The notes under the pieces were generated by a model that was not told the DNA's origin, did no database searches, and saw only the letters and a list, made by a program, of their open reading frames with translations. Shown piece after piece: positions 40,016 through 52,772 of a stretch of 64,000 nt of DNA. Numbering within the stretch: position 1 is the first letter of the stretch; the number at the start of each line of letters is the position of its first letter. The position numbers and the translations under genes are program-made. This DNA is from Basidiobolus meristosporus CBS 931.73 (Eukaryota; Fungi; Basidiobolomycota), in the NCBI GenBank assembly GCA_002104905.1, contig MCFE01000410.1:1-64000 (forward strand), read 5' to 3'.

Positions 40016-40769
40016 TTAAGCTTTCCATGAGTTGCAGCTTAGTCCTGCTTTCTTGAGGGGATCTTTAAAATGGCTGCAAAAGAGTTCTGGGGCAGTTTTT
40101 CATGTACTATTGGACGGAATGTTCACTTGAACCCAGTTGGAATCATTTATGGTAAGACAGATAGTTGGAACTCTAGCCCAATGGGTGCCAGGGTCTAGCT
40201 GGTGTGCAGCTATCAATTACTATGGCAACGTTCTCCAGAGCTTCTTTGATTATTATTATTTATGGGCTTTGAGTGTTGTAATTATTCTGCAGTCACTTAA
40301 ATATTCATGCTAACATAGTTGCACAGATCTTATTCTGTAATTAGCTCTCTGTCCTGACTAAACTTTTTGTCAGAAATTACTTTGAATATTTGCATCATAT
40401 TATCAGGCACCCAGATTATGATCTTTCTCACAGTTGTCCAAAAGACCCAAACTTTGCTCAAATATTCTTAGGATCTTTCTTAGCAAACTCTACAAATTTG
40501 TTTGCCTTACTTATTCAAGGCATAAATAACCTACCAATGATCAATAAATGCAAGTGAGTAACATGTGAATCCTCTACTTCTCCATATCATATCCAATACT
40601 TCTCAGAGTACTGCAACATTGAGTACCTCCTTAGATTATTTTCAGTGCTGACTTAAGCTTCTTTCTTCCTTCTACTTGTCACTTCATTGTATTGATTCCT
40701 CATCTAGGAACCTGAGATATATTCAATATAAGATTAAATCCACAGTTCTAGACTATAGCATGGGTACCA

Positions 40770-41050
40770 AGCCCTAAAATCTGTCTTTCAGGCTACTCAG
40801 GAAGGTTTATTATCTGATCTGCATCAGTAGTGTGTGTACCCACAGATTCTATCTGACAACTAACAGGACAGTTGTGTTGATTAGATTTTTCATCTCTCTT
40901 CCTTGGAGCATCTTTGTAGTAGAGAGTTTTGTCTAACAGACAATTTCTTAGTAGCTGAACAAGCATGGTTGGTGACTTTGCCCCTGAGCATGGAACTAGT
41001 CACTTGAACGTAACATTAAAGCAAATGCAATGGAAGGTACTTGGTTCATT
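40770..41050 (-). pseudogene. Copia gag remnant among degraded LTR debris
   Basis: Minus-strand translation includes TKLSTTKMLQGREMKNLI, similar to the gag at 1764-1976. Confidence 0.5.
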
Positions 41051-41599
41051 CTTCAGGTATATTAGGGATTCTTCTCATAAAGCTTTAAGTGGGCTTTCTT
41101 CTTCCTTATCACTATCATGTAGGCATCTTTTCTGTAGCAGCAGCATGGGATTTAGCATTTAGATTCATCAAGCTTGTTGGCTGAGATAAGATGCCAGTAA
41201 TAGCAGTAGTAGACATTCCAGAGAGTGACAGCATGGGACTCATAACCTGTTGCATTTGTACTGAACTTATTGGAAGTAATTGGGGGAATAAGTAGAATTG
41301 GTGGCTTCACCTGATGGTTTAACAATTACAGACGTAGCACTATATACTAACATGCACTTAGCAGAACAAGCAAGTAGCATATGTTCTGGAGGGTCTCAAG
41401 AGCATGTGTGCAAAGTATGTAACTGTTTGGACAACTATGAGAAAATTCATATTTTGAGTACCTGATGATTTGGCCAAAGTAATCCAAGTAAATCCCAACA
41501 AGTACTCTGATCAAAGTTCTGTAATATCTGTAGGTAATGATCAAAGTGGCTAAGTAAGGCAACTATGTAGGTGCTACCAAATACTTTTACAACAAAGTC

Positions 41600-43430
41600 C
41601 ATACACTCATGATACATAAAAATCTTAAGCTGTTCCAACAGCCCCAAATGATGAACACATGTTGATGGGACTTTACTCATAATACTCTATCCAATTCTTT
41701 TGCCATGACTATCTACAAGTATAGATATTACTTTTGCAATCAGAAGTCAATAAGTAGTAATCACATAACCTACATGTTCTCCCAACCACTTGCAATCTAT
41801 ACAGCTCTGACAGCAGCTGTCGAGTGCTAAGCTTTCATTTCATGGAATGTCTACCACTGCCATTAGTTGATTTCTCCCCTCTGCTGGAAAGCTCAATGGA
41901 TCTAACAACTAAGTCTGAAAGGCAAAGGCAGCAATGATTCTATGCAACAGAGGCCTGTGGGGTAATGTGATGTAAATAGATTGTACTTGCTATGGTGTAA
42001 GAGAAGCAGCCCTAAGGTATCACAAGAAAGAACAAGGTATATGTAACTGCATTTACCTTAATGTCAAAGACATCCTGCTAGCTCAGTGCTCAAGAGACAA
42101 AACAGCCAGGAATGGCTATAAGTGATCAGAAGACACCTATAAGTCATGTTCAGCTGCAGAGAGAATGAATCAATTATAGAAAGGCTCCATAAAAAGATGC
42201 TCCCAGGAAGTAAAATGAAAACCTACTTATCAGAAACAGCCCATTAGGTTGAAGAGATTGAATCAGTGAGAGTGCTAACTACCAATGAAGGAGTTACCCA
42301 CCTGAAAAGCCTGACTGGTAGGCTTCAGGGCCTTGTGTCATCCCAAAATTTATGAACTGTGGATCTAACTGTCAAAATAAGTATGGTGTTGTAAAAATTT
42401 GTGATTGCATCTAAATACTCACCTAATTTAGTCACTTAGATTGTTACCTACATATCTTTCTGAGCTCTGACCATATTCCTTGTTGGGATCTACTTGACAA
42501 AATTTCATGTTCCAGGAACCTGATAATTTGGTGAAAATATTTCAAGTTGTTCAAATGGCCCCAAACTGTGTATACATGTTCTTGGGACCTTCCTACACAG
42601 ATTCTATGTATATGTTATGCCAAGACCATATAGAAGTATAAGTACTACTTTTACATTCAAAAAATCATCAAGTGAAAGCCACATAATCTACCTGCTCTCC
42701 CAATCACTTACAATATCTCCAAAACTCCTACAACATATGGAGGGCACCTGGATGAGGAGCTATGAGTATCAAGCCTTAATAAGAAGGAAGAAGATAATGC
42801 TTTGATAGCCAGCAATAACCAGCAATGAAGGCACTCAAGACCCTTGAAAAGAAATAAGAGTCTAGCTTGCAGCCAGCACAAAGGTAGGAACCCTTGACAT
42901 ATTGGTGCTTCCAAAACAGAGATGATCAATCAAAAAAGCATGAATGTGAGAATGCTGTGACCACTGAAGATAGACCATTTGTATCTGCACTCAGTATGAC
43001 AACAAGCAAGGATTCTCAGATATGGTATTTGAACTCTGGAGCATCTCAGCACTTTACACACCAAAAGGACATCTTACCCAGTATCAAGAGGTTCCAATCA
43101 AGAAGGTTTTCACAGGAGACAACAGACCACATCATGCAATTAGATTGGTAACCGTGTAAGTAAGCCTTAGAAGTAATGAAGGGAACCATTCACTTGCCTT
43201 CAGAGAAATACTCTGTGTATCTGAAGTTGCCAAGAACCTATTATCTCTGACCAAGGCCACATCAGAAGGACTTGGTTTCAGTTTTGACAATTCCAGATAC
43301 CAGATCACTGATCAAAGGCAATACTCTCAGAAATGCTGCAGCAAAAACCACGTAACCTACTTGTTCTCCCAATTGGTGCCAATCACTCCAAAACACTTAT
43401 GACTGATCCAAAGTATCCATTAGCCAAATA
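41600..43430 (+). mobile_element. Internally deleted copia element (LTR part, gag, protease) with a nested solo LTR
   Basis: IYLNVKDILLAQCSRDKTARNGYK...KKMLPGSKMKTYL (gag). 42894-43151 WYLNSGASQHFTHQKD (protease). LTR-like pieces at ~41600-41810 and ~43345-43430. Confidence 0.7.
42387..42735 (+). repeat. Copia solo LTR (349 bp)
   Basis: TGTTG...CAACA ends with a perfect TSD TATGG (42382-42386, 42736-42740). Homologous to 38564-38912. Confidence 0.9.
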
Positions 43431-43604
43431 TTGGGACTTTACCTCTCTCTCTCTCCCCCCCTTCACTTGAGCATTTACGATCAGTCAGAATATGCTGGTT
43501 CATGACTGGTTTGCTTAGGATAGAAGACACCCAATGAAACAGCCATCAGATGTTTATTAGCAGGTCGCCAATTGAGTGGGGTAAGGTGGTGTGGCCAATG
43601 ACCA

Positions 43605-45937
43605 TCAGGGTTTAAGGGAAGTCAACATTTCCAACAGGTTTTCGTGGTTCTGCTGGACCTTCTGGATCAGATCGGCCAGCTCCAGGCCGGAGATCTCCTT
43701 CCCCTTGAGGGAGTTGATGGGGTGATGGAGGGTGGAGAATCGGGAGAGGTTCTGACGCTTCTGGTACTCCAGGTAGGTCTCCAGCTTCGTCTCCCCGTTC
43801 TCGAGTTCCACGTTCAAGGGGAGGAAACCGCGGGTGATTTGATGGGCCATGACGTCGTTCGCATCCGATTTCAGCTGCTCGTGGAGTATGGTGTCCAGCG
43901 CCTCGAAGGAGGGGCCGACCAGGTGTCGGGATTCGTGCCAGGCTATCAACATCAGGGGGGCCCACAGTAGCACACTGAGCACCGCGTGGTTCAGCCTCGC
44001 GTAGCCCTTCTCAGACATCACGAGCGAGGTGGGGATGATGAAGAGCACCTCGATAAGGTTCAGCGGGGCAGGGAAGGGGAACTGGTCCGGAGACTTCAGG
44101 TAGGAAAACACCTTGAACGTGAATAGGGCTAGGTACTCGCTCTCCGACTGCTCGGTGATCCGAGAGTAGGACGAGTTGAAGAGCGCCACCAAGATGTTCA
44201 GAAGCAGCACCACGGTGAAAAACAGGTAGAGGCCGAACAGGAACGCCCCGTACACGTTGTGATACTCTTCGGCCTGGGCGAAATTCGCATCCCTAAAGAA
44301 GGATGGTCATGGTTAGTACGAGCGGTTGGTGGGAACGTATCTCGGAACGGGGATCGCTTACGCAAGAAACGCCCTGCTCAATAGGCTGAACGTCGACAAC
44401 AGCCCCAGCTCGTCGTCCTTGTCGTTGCCCCCGCCGAGCGCGTAGAAGCTTTGAAGAAACCCGATAAATCCCCAAGGCAGGAGGGAGAAGAACATGAAAC
44501 TGTCCTTGATCATGGCTTGCAGTATGATGATCATGTTCCCGATGAATTTGAACCCGTCCAGCAGCGAGACCGTCTTCACCCACAGAAAGATCGCCATGAT
44601 GGAGAGCAAATCGTAGGCTATGTCGTTGTACGCGTCTTTCTTGTGGGCGTGATGGACGGTCAGGGCGAGGATCCTAAACGCGAACGAGACGAAAAACACC
44701 AGGTACATCCCGATGTTGATCCAATGCCAAATGCTGTAAAGATAGAACACCCCACCCTCGTAGATCTGCGAAGAGGGAATTGGTTGGTGAGCAGCTGGCC
44801 ACACAAGGGGTTCCCACACATCCTCTTACCAGTCGAATCTCCTCGAAGATGTATCCCATGACGAAAGTGTACATCATCCACTCTAGAGGCTCGGGCCGGG
44901 TCGTTCGGTTGTTCACCACGTACGTGTACAATGCCAGGAAGCCCAAAAAGTAGACGATTCGAAGGGCATCTTGATACCTAGAAGGGCCGGTTAGTGTCCC
45001 ACGCAACCCACCCGAAATTGACCGAACGGATTACTTGGGCACTTGAAGTCTCTCGGGGTTGAAGTACTGCCAAATGGATCCGGATGTGCTTTGCTCGTAT
45101 GCGACAAAGTAGGTGTTTCCGTTGGAATCTTCGTTCTGTAGGATCCCTCCTTCCCATATCGTCTGGAGATGGAATAGGCTTGGTTAGTGTTCCTTCGGGG
45201 ATGCCAACCGGATGCCCTTACGTTGATGCATTTCTGGACTTCATAGTCGCTTAAGAACATGGTGGCATGGATTTCGATGGCGATTTCGATGACTATGTGA
45301 GCGTAGCATCTTCAGTCACAAGGGTTGTGCCAGCAACAAGAGAAACACTTACCACAGCTAGCACTGGAAACCTCCTCTCCTTCCGCATGGTATTTTTGAA
45401 GGAGAACATTGAAATTCAAGGTGAGTCGGTTTTGGAAGGAATGCAACCTATATTCATGGGGAGTCATGTTTGATCAAAAGGGGCGATTTTGTCCGATCGA
45501 AACCACGTCTAAACCACTTACAAATTCTTCGCCAACACCTGGGCGGCCAGAGCTCTCTGTTGCATCAGAGAAGTCCAGGAGGCGTCTTTTTCCGCCTCGT
45601 GCTGGTATGCAGCAACACAGCGGAGAGCGCAGTAGATAACGTGGTAAGGTTCGACTACTTCTCCGTTCTGGCCGCCAGCTAGACGGGCCAGCTGGAGGGC
45701 ATATTGGACGGTGTCTTTGGTGATGATGGTGGAGTCACATCGGGTGATATCCTCCGGTTCGACCAGAGACGGTAGAACGCAGTTGATGAGGGAGAACAGG
45801 CCGGTGATGGTTTTACGAACTCTCTTGGCCTGACCTTGCGCGTCGTTCTCCGACAGGAACGCTGTGGTGGACTTTGCTGGCAAAAGGGGCTGTTGCTCGT
45901 CCGTCACCGAACCGGTACGGCTGTGAACATTAGACAT
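43605..45937 (-). CDS. YVC1: TRP-family vacuolar cation/Ca2+ channel, YVC1 (TRPY1)-like; 7 exons, 649 aa
   Basis: Exons 45937-45522, 45447-45353, 45292-45222, 45162-45035, 44977-44830, 44765-44362 and 44292-43605 total 1950 nt in frame, all with GT-AG introns. Motifs: RALAAQVLA, IEIAI..HATMFL..YEVQ..IN.IWEG, FNPERLQVPKYQ, LLLNILVALFNSSY and FPAPLNLIE. Confidence 0.88.
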
Positions 45938-46292
45938 GTTGCTTGATTTCTTCCTCCCTTGTCTTTGCTGGAAAATGGGGGACCGCTTAAAAGTGCAGTT
46001 GACTACAAGTTTGGTTTGGGTTCAGGCCCATAACATCCTAATCGTCCTAGTCATCCAAACTTCACCCTCGACCTTGATTTCTCACCCTGCTTCACCCCAC
46101 CCAGGTCTCAAAGTACGAATGTCATGGAACCTGTTTGGATGGAGTGTTGGTCGAACATGTGTTACCTCAGTTAATTTCTGGCTTACATCACGGGCACATC
46201 ACGGGCGGATATCGCGAATCAGAAGAAATCCAAATTTATTCACAAATCAACACTATATTACAAGGAGGTAGTTGAGGCGGTGGTGGCGAGCA

Positions 46293-47431
46293 CTAGGCCC
46301 AGATCCCGATCACTGCCATCACCGCCGCACCGCACCACAGCGCCAGGAAGCAAGCGCCCTTGAGTGTCACCGAGGATCGCATGAATACCGGGTTGTTGTG
46401 ATAGTCGGTGCTCATCAGCTCCACAAACGCCATGTAGAAGAGGATCCCGGCCGACACCGAGTCGAACACTCCGTTCACCAGCAAGGCGGTGGCACCGTGT
46501 GGGTTGTAGGTGCTGTGAATCCCAACCCCGATGGCCACTCCGGTGGGAGTGATAAGGGTGTACAACAGGGAGGACGCATACGCGAACGCACGGCTCTTTA
46601 TATTCAAGTCCTCCACGCGAGCACCCAGGGCGAGCCCTTCGAAGAATTGATGGAACACGACGGCGATGAGGAGGGAGGAGAACTCGCTTCCCGAAGCCAC
46701 TCCCACTGCGACCCCGATCAGCACCGAATGAAGGGCTATTCCAAACTCCAACAGGCAGGTGGAGATCGTACGATCGATCGTTTCTCCCTCCAGCAACCCA
46801 CCGTGGTGGTGATGACAACCGGACATCTCGGGGGACTTGTTCTTCTCCAGATCGGCCGAAGACTCGTCCGAGAAGTGAAACTCGGCTGAATCAGCGCCCC
46901 TCCTGGCTTGATACTTCTCGTAAATCACGCTTGCACCGTACTCGATCATCAGCAATGCCAGCGCAGACAGCATGGCAAACAATCCAGCCCACGCCTCGTA
47001 AACCTCACCGAACTCGCCGATACATGGGTTCGAGAGACTCTCCATAGCCCCAGGGAACATATGGATGAACCCGGTGGCCAGGATGACTCCGGTGCCGAAA
47101 TGTTTACCCACGGCGATGATATCCTTGCCAAGCTTGAAGTTTGGAAACGATCTGATCAGCATCGAGAAGAACGAGCCCAAAGCGCTCGTGCCCATGATGA
47201 TGAAAATTGCGCCGATGTGCAGGCCTTGCTTGTAGTCGGTAAGAGGCCCGCTCAAACAGGAGTCCTCCTCTGCGTCGAGCTCTACACAAGAGATTCAGGT
47301 AAGTTCGAGTCGGAGGGAAATAGTTGTCACTGGCGCATACCTTGCTTCAGCAAACGCTCGGCTCTAACGGATGGGATGGTGCACCCCAGGAAGACAATAA
47401 CAACAAGAGACGATAGAAAAAAATCACGCAT
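46293..47431 (-). CDS. ZIP-family (ZRT/IRT-like) zinc transporter with N-terminal signal-like peptide; 2 exons, 359 aa
   Basis: Exon 1 47431-47341 (MRDFFLSSLVVIVFLGCTIPSVRA...), intron gtatgc...tgtag 47340-47282, exon 2 47281-46293. Motifs KHFGTGVILATGFIHM, His loop CHHHH, LEFGIALHSVLIG and FHQFFEGLALG. Confidence 0.93.
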
Positions 47432-48186
47432 CGTTTCCGCAAGGTGGATATCAGCAGGGCGAGGGTCTCTTTATATCGGAGCTGATTTGATGGACTTCCA
47501 TATTAGGCGGTGACCACTCCTCTTGATTGGAAGCCAACCTGATTGCTCACTTGGGACGCATGTCATGAGTGGAAAAGGACCAAAATGACAGGCGTTCATG
47601 GCATTGCACGGCTGGCTTTACATGGTCATCCACACATTGACTCTGGCACTTGTGCGAATCAGGATCTAGAGCGCAGGGTACCCCATCGGTCATGACCGGC
47701 CAATCGCCTACAAGATGGAAACAATCCCCATGTGCCATTTTAAGCCAACATTGGCTTGGATTGTAATGGGATTTTTCGCGTGCTCGCCATTTCAGGCGGT
47801 CCAGAGAAAATTCCGCACTCGAATGGAAGAATGAATGCTTAGTTAGGATTGAGTTAATCCCTATTAGCGACCCAATGGTACGAGGCCGAGACCGGGTTCA
47901 TCTTGGGAATGGTACCTTATCGGCCCCATCCACCACCACCACATCCTTGTTCTCTATATGCGCACTCGATCTCTTAACCCAAGCGATTATAGCCAATCGC
48001 AATTTGCCCTGCATCCCGACGATTATACTGACGGGCAATCCGTAGAATGTCGGCAGCCTTGGCCATTGTGTGCATTGACTCACTGTAGCGAGATGAATTC
48101 TCCGTAATGGAGCCAACCTTGTACCGCGCTCTATAAATACCCCAATCCACTCATCATGCAGAGCATCAACCCCAAGTTCTATCAAC

Positions 48187-48726
48187 ATGCGCTTCATTTC
48201 TCCTGCCATCCTTCTTTCCCTGGTCGCTGTAGCCTGGGTGGCTGCTCTTCCAACACCACAGGCACCCGATTACGACGACGAAGTGGTATACCGGCCAGGC
48301 AAAACGATCCCTTCCGAGCCATATCAGAACCTGAAGGGGTATGTTCCACCCTATCCACCAGTGAATGAACCGTCGGAAACTGAGCACACCTCAGGAGATG
48401 CAGGCATTTCTCCAAATCCGGTGCCGACCTCCGGCCAAAGTTCTGGCAGGTGCTCAGACATTAAGGCGAATCTGATTGCTGAAGGACTGCGCGCTAAAGC
48501 CATTGTTTGTATTGAAGAACTCCTGGTGATTTATCCATTCAAGGCCATCGATGAGACCAAGCAACAGGGACCTTTCCCTGGCTTACTATCCACCCTTGGT
48601 GGTGCTGGCTCCAATAATGTGCAAGCCCATATGACCTGTGGGGCCATCCGAACTCGTCTCGAGGCCCTGGGAATCCAGTTGGAAGCGGAGATTTGTCTAT
48701 CTGGATTGATCCAGATCAGGCTCTGA
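48187..48726 (+). CDS. Secreted protein, 179 aa: Pro-rich linker plus two C-x18-C amphipathic repeats; function unknown
   Basis: Hydrophobic signal peptide MRFISPAILLSLVAVAWVAA. TATAAATA at 48132. Single exon. Confidence 0.8.
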   Translation: MRFISPAILLSLVAVAWVAALPTPQAPDYDDEVVYRPGKTIPSEPYQNLKGYVPPYPPVNEPSETEHTSGDAGISPNPVPTSGQSSGRCSDIKANLIAEGLRAKAIVCIEELLVIYPFKAIDETKQQGPFPGLLSTLGGAGSNNVQAHMTCGAIRTRLEALGIQLEAEICLSGLIQIRL

Positions 48727-49249
48727 CGTGACTATTCCGGATCCACGACTCAGATTAATCGTTGATCGATTGATATACCCCTGAATTCTTTATCTATGCT
48801 TCACTATTTGAGTATGTATACCGGAACCTCATCCCAGATCAATCAACTCACGATGGTCTAATAAAATCGCTTGTTTGAACCATTGAGCATAAAATCCAAA
48901 CAACCAAGATGCGTAACATCGCTAATCCTTGTGGAAAAAAGTCTACTGGCTGACTAACCAAGCGCATCATCATTAGATGTCTTTTCGATAGACTTCTAGT
49001 ATTTGTTGATACACTGGATTGTATTTGAAGCAGCTTTTTGGCACCTAGCTACTCGTATTTCTTAGCTATGTCATTAATGACCATTTACTAGGAAGTTATC
49101 TAGCCAGAGATTTGCTAATGCTGACATCAGATCTTTCAAAGTTACCCAAAAGACCACTGATATAGCACAAGGCTTTCAGGGGCTGTTCCCAAAACGTCAC
49201 CATCAATATTCTTACAGACACACTCAATGTCAATTCAAAATGGTAAAAT

Positions 49250-49440
49250 GGGTTGTAAGAGTTTTGGAGATATTAGAAGTGATTGGGAGGACAAGTAGAT
49301 TAAGTAGTTCTCACTCAATGATTTACTGGATGTAAAACTAGTATTTATACTTTGACATGGTCATGGCAAAACAAACACGTAGAATATGTTTAGGAAGGTC
49401 CCAAGAACACGTGTGCAAAGCTCTGGTAGGGAAACTTGGT
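49250..49440 (-). repeat. Degraded copia LTR fragment
   Basis: ttggagatattagaagtgattgggaggacaag...ggaaggtcccaagaacac is the reverse complement of the 349-bp copia LTR. Confidence 0.7.
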
Positions 49441-51025
49441 ATATATATACAGAGCTCCATTTCAGCCCAGCACCATAGGTGAATAGCATTCAATTCGTGG
49501 AGTTCCCCAAACCACTTCCAGTATTCTGTAAAGCCATGCTAAAAATAGTGGAAACTGGTGCAAATAGCGACCAAATATTGCGAGCTTCCCGTGTCCTTTT
49601 AACCGGCCAGAGAGCCATCCTTAGTAAGCTTTCCACCAGTTTACAGGAAAGGGGGGGAGGTTCAAGATGACATTTCACCCTACTTACAACCACGAGTATT
49701 TATTTGTCAATTACTGTGGATAATGCACGTAGCTAGACTTCACAATTGAAAATGAAGGGCGTTTTATATTTTGCTTAGTTCCTGACAGAAATTTCGCCAA
49801 AATCCAAGGCCGGTTCAACAAGCCAGAGTTAGGGGTCATATTAGAGTCCAATACCGCATGAAATTCATTGACACAGGTATGGAAAAGCCAAGCCTGGCCC
49901 GCAAGTTATGAGAAGATTCGTGTTCATGACTCATGACTCATACTCGTGGATGGGATGGAGGTCTCCAGATGAGGAAGGTAGGAGGAGTACCAGCAAAAAA
50001 ATCCAAGTCAGACAATTTTACTAGCTCCAATAATGTCTCGAAGCCAAAGTGGACCAATCAGGGAGCTGACTGAAAGCATTTCTTGGGCCGCTCTTGGGTG
50101 AAGAGTTGCCAACCAAAGCTAACGCGACTGCTCAAGGTCGATCCATTGGACAGCACCATCCGGAATACACCATAGTCTCTATCGAGGCAATGGGGCTACA
50201 GTGGGAACGAATGATGCTCCAAAGTGAACCCGTCAATTGGCCAATCGACGGTGCCTTGTGGTACGGCAAGTAGTGGAGAGGATGGGTCTCTTCTTCCTTG
50301 TCGGTTGGTTACTTTACCCATTTAGCAGCAAATCAGCGATCTTATTTGGCGTTGGAGAACGTTAGAATCGAGCCAAATATGGATGAAAATAGCATTCAGA
50401 AAACGCATCTGGCACAATGACGCATAATACTGCTGGCCCATGCAACAAACCTGGCTGCCAACAGTCTCATGAACGCCGGTTGTTATATATGGCCATCATG
50501 CAAGTCGCGTGCACCCGGGAATCTCCACCAATGCCACGCAGGGTCTCGACGAGGTCCACATCTGTAATTCAAGATCGCAATGGACGGTGCCATCGAGCCA
50601 TACATCGAGGATTCGATGTGACTCATGCACGCGATCCTTCCAACGATCGTTGTGAATCAAAAAGAGGAAATCTTTCACGCCACCGAAAACAACATTCTAA
50701 ACGGAATGCTCTGGTATTAGGCCATGCAGCGGTAATCCTTCGACTGGGAATAGTTACCCATATTCAGAGACAAGTGGCCAATGGTTGACATATTAACAAC
50801 AACAGGCGCTTTTGGATGACGCTGATACGACTCATGTAGATCTTGCCTAAAGTCATTGGCACATCGAGATGCCAGATGACCAGAACCGCGCTGGGTCGGT
50901 GCTATTACGAAGTGAGCACTCGTCCCGGGATATGGTATAGGTCAGTCTTTGCTCTCCACACAGATATAAATACCTGCCATCGAGCTTCAACGAGGTCTAT
51001 CAAGTGCAAGCTTCTTGCAAACGAG

Positions 51026-51823
51026 ATGAAGTTTCCATCTATTGTCGCCGCATTGACCGCCCTGGTACCCTTGAGTACTCACGCGGTCTCCATATATAAT
51101 TCGCCCTTTCTTGGGGACCTTCCCCTTCCGTTCATGAGTTTCGAGAGTAATATCGAGGTCTCTGTCGGCCATGACCCAGTGAACACTTACTGGTGTACCA
51201 ATGGGTTCAACCGTGGCTACATGGGTATTCAAGTTAACTCACCAACCGAGCGTCGTGTATTGTTCTCCCTATGGAACAAGGATGCCGAGAATCTGGCCAC
51301 CATTGTTGAGGTCGGAAAGAATGTGCAAACAAGTAAGTTTGGCCACGAGGGCACCGGAAGCCATGCTTGGCTGGTGCATGACTGGAAGGCTGGAGAGACG
51401 CAACGCCTCAAGGTAACCGCCGAATTCAAGGGAAATGACACCATTTATGGTGGGTACTACTGGCTTGACAACGAATGGTACTTGATCGCCAAGATCCTGG
51501 GCCCCAATTACGGCAATGAAGGATTAGGCTATTTCTACCAGTTCTTGGAGAACTTTGGAAAAGACACTAGTCAAACCCGTAGAGCGGTTTACAGCGGACA
51601 ATGTTACCGCTTGTTGGACAATGACTTCTGTTTCCCAGCCCTCGGAACCACCATTACTCACACATGGCCCATTGACACCAGCTACGGGGCAGGACTTAAT
51701 CCAAAAATGAACGGGGTCTACATGGCCATTGATGGAGAAGGAGATGGACCCGACTACAATCGTCCACCAGCCTACACCAAGTTGCAATACGACAACTGGA
51801 ATCTCATCTGGCAGCCAAACTAG
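51026..51823 (+). CDS. Secreted DUF3472-like protein, 265 aa, intronless
   Basis: True start is probably ATG 51026 (signal peptide MKFPSIVAALTALVPLSTHA; TATAAA at 50965). Motifs GYMGIQVNSPTERRVLFSLW, FGHEGTG, DWKAGE and FLENFG match my recollection of DUF3472. Confidence 0.8.
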   Translation: MKFPSIVAALTALVPLSTHAVSIYNSPFLGDLPLPFMSFESNIEVSVGHDPVNTYWCTNGFNRGYMGIQVNSPTERRVLFSLWNKDAENLATIVEVGKNVQTSKFGHEGTGSHAWLVHDWKAGETQRLKVTAEFKGNDTIYGGYYWLDNEWYLIAKILGPNYGNEGLGYFYQFLENFGKDTSQTRRAVYSGQCYRLLDNDFCFPALGTTITHTWPIDTSYGAGLNPKMNGVYMAIDGEGDGPDYNRPPAYTKLQYDNWNLIWQPN

Positions 51824-52684
51824 ATCTATGACATGAGTAGAAGCCGAGCTGAAGTTTTGTAGAATAAAAAGAAGTACTTTAACGTTTACTGAAATCACTC
51901 CTATCGATGAAGTCAATGGTTGGTAGTTTAGCAACACATGAATGAGGGCTTAGGCAACCACTGACATCTGGAACAACTTCTTGGCATAGAAGTGGGTCGA
52001 GAAAAGCCTAAACTGAGATACAGCTTCTGCTCAGCTCTAGTGTGCTGAATGCTAATTAATGGAGTAACTATTGAACCGATTTCAGGTATGAAAGTTTGCC
52101 TTTAGCGAAACATAATGCGTTTTGTATATGGGGCCGGGGGATGCTCATACTACCCCATGTAACGCTGTGTGACTACCAACCAACCATGGCTCATTCTTGC
52201 ATGGCTAAAAATGGCCCGCTACCAAGGTTAGGCTTAGGCTGGTTAGACCCAATCCAATCATTCTCATTTCCCAAATTCTGAGGAATCGACCCACCTCAAG
52301 CGCCGGTACCGACGGGTAACCAACCTCAACTTGATTTGCGTCTATTTAACCACTTTAGCTTATCAGTTGGACCCACACGGATCGCTGATTGTGGGCTCAG
52401 GTCAGACGAAAGTGAAAAAAATCCTTAAAATGGAAGCAGAGTTGGTATATCACATCACCCTTGTCCAACCAATTTCAATTCCGAGATTCTTCGTCTCATG
52501 GATCCTGGTTATACTACTGAATAGCAACCTTCAATCACTCAGAGCAAAATTGTAAATCGTCAATGCAATTGGGCTTCAGGTTCAAGCTTCTTTCGATCGG
52601 GAAGCAACCCAAATCCGTTGTCGCCTCAATAACCGCTTTTCTGTCTTGAGCACTCGTGCGGTTTCCGAGTTGGATTATCACCAC

Positions 52685-52772
52685 CTCCTCACAGACATTC
52701 CTAATTCTCCTCACAGACATTCCTAATTCTCCTCACAGACATTCCTAATTCTCCTCACAGACATTCCTAATT
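52685..52772 (+). repeat. Perfect tandem repeat, 4 x 22 bp (ctcctcacagacattcctaatt)
   Basis: Read directly from the sequence. Confidence 0.95.

Noticed and set aside
47440-47445. CAAGGT as a zinc-responsive (Zap1/ZafA-like) site for the ZIP gene
   Set aside because: Only a 6-mer lying ~10 nt from the ATG, with no full consensus.
43612-47513. Multiple 100-200-aa ORFs overlapping YVC1 and the ZIP gene
   Set aside because: Alternative-frame or antisense products of GC-rich coding sequence, with no motifs.
50230-50251. 22-bp near-perfect palindrome ccgtcaattggccaatcgacgg
   Set aside because: Single occurrence with one mismatch; cannot be separated from chance without a genome-wide count.
50843-51025. 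61-aa N-terminal extension of the DUF3472-like ORF
   Set aside because: Begins at a non-ATG codon and spans the TATA box. The signal peptide starts at ATG 51026.
52685-52772. CRISPR-like array
   Set aside because: The repeats are contiguous with no spacers, and the context is eukaryotic.
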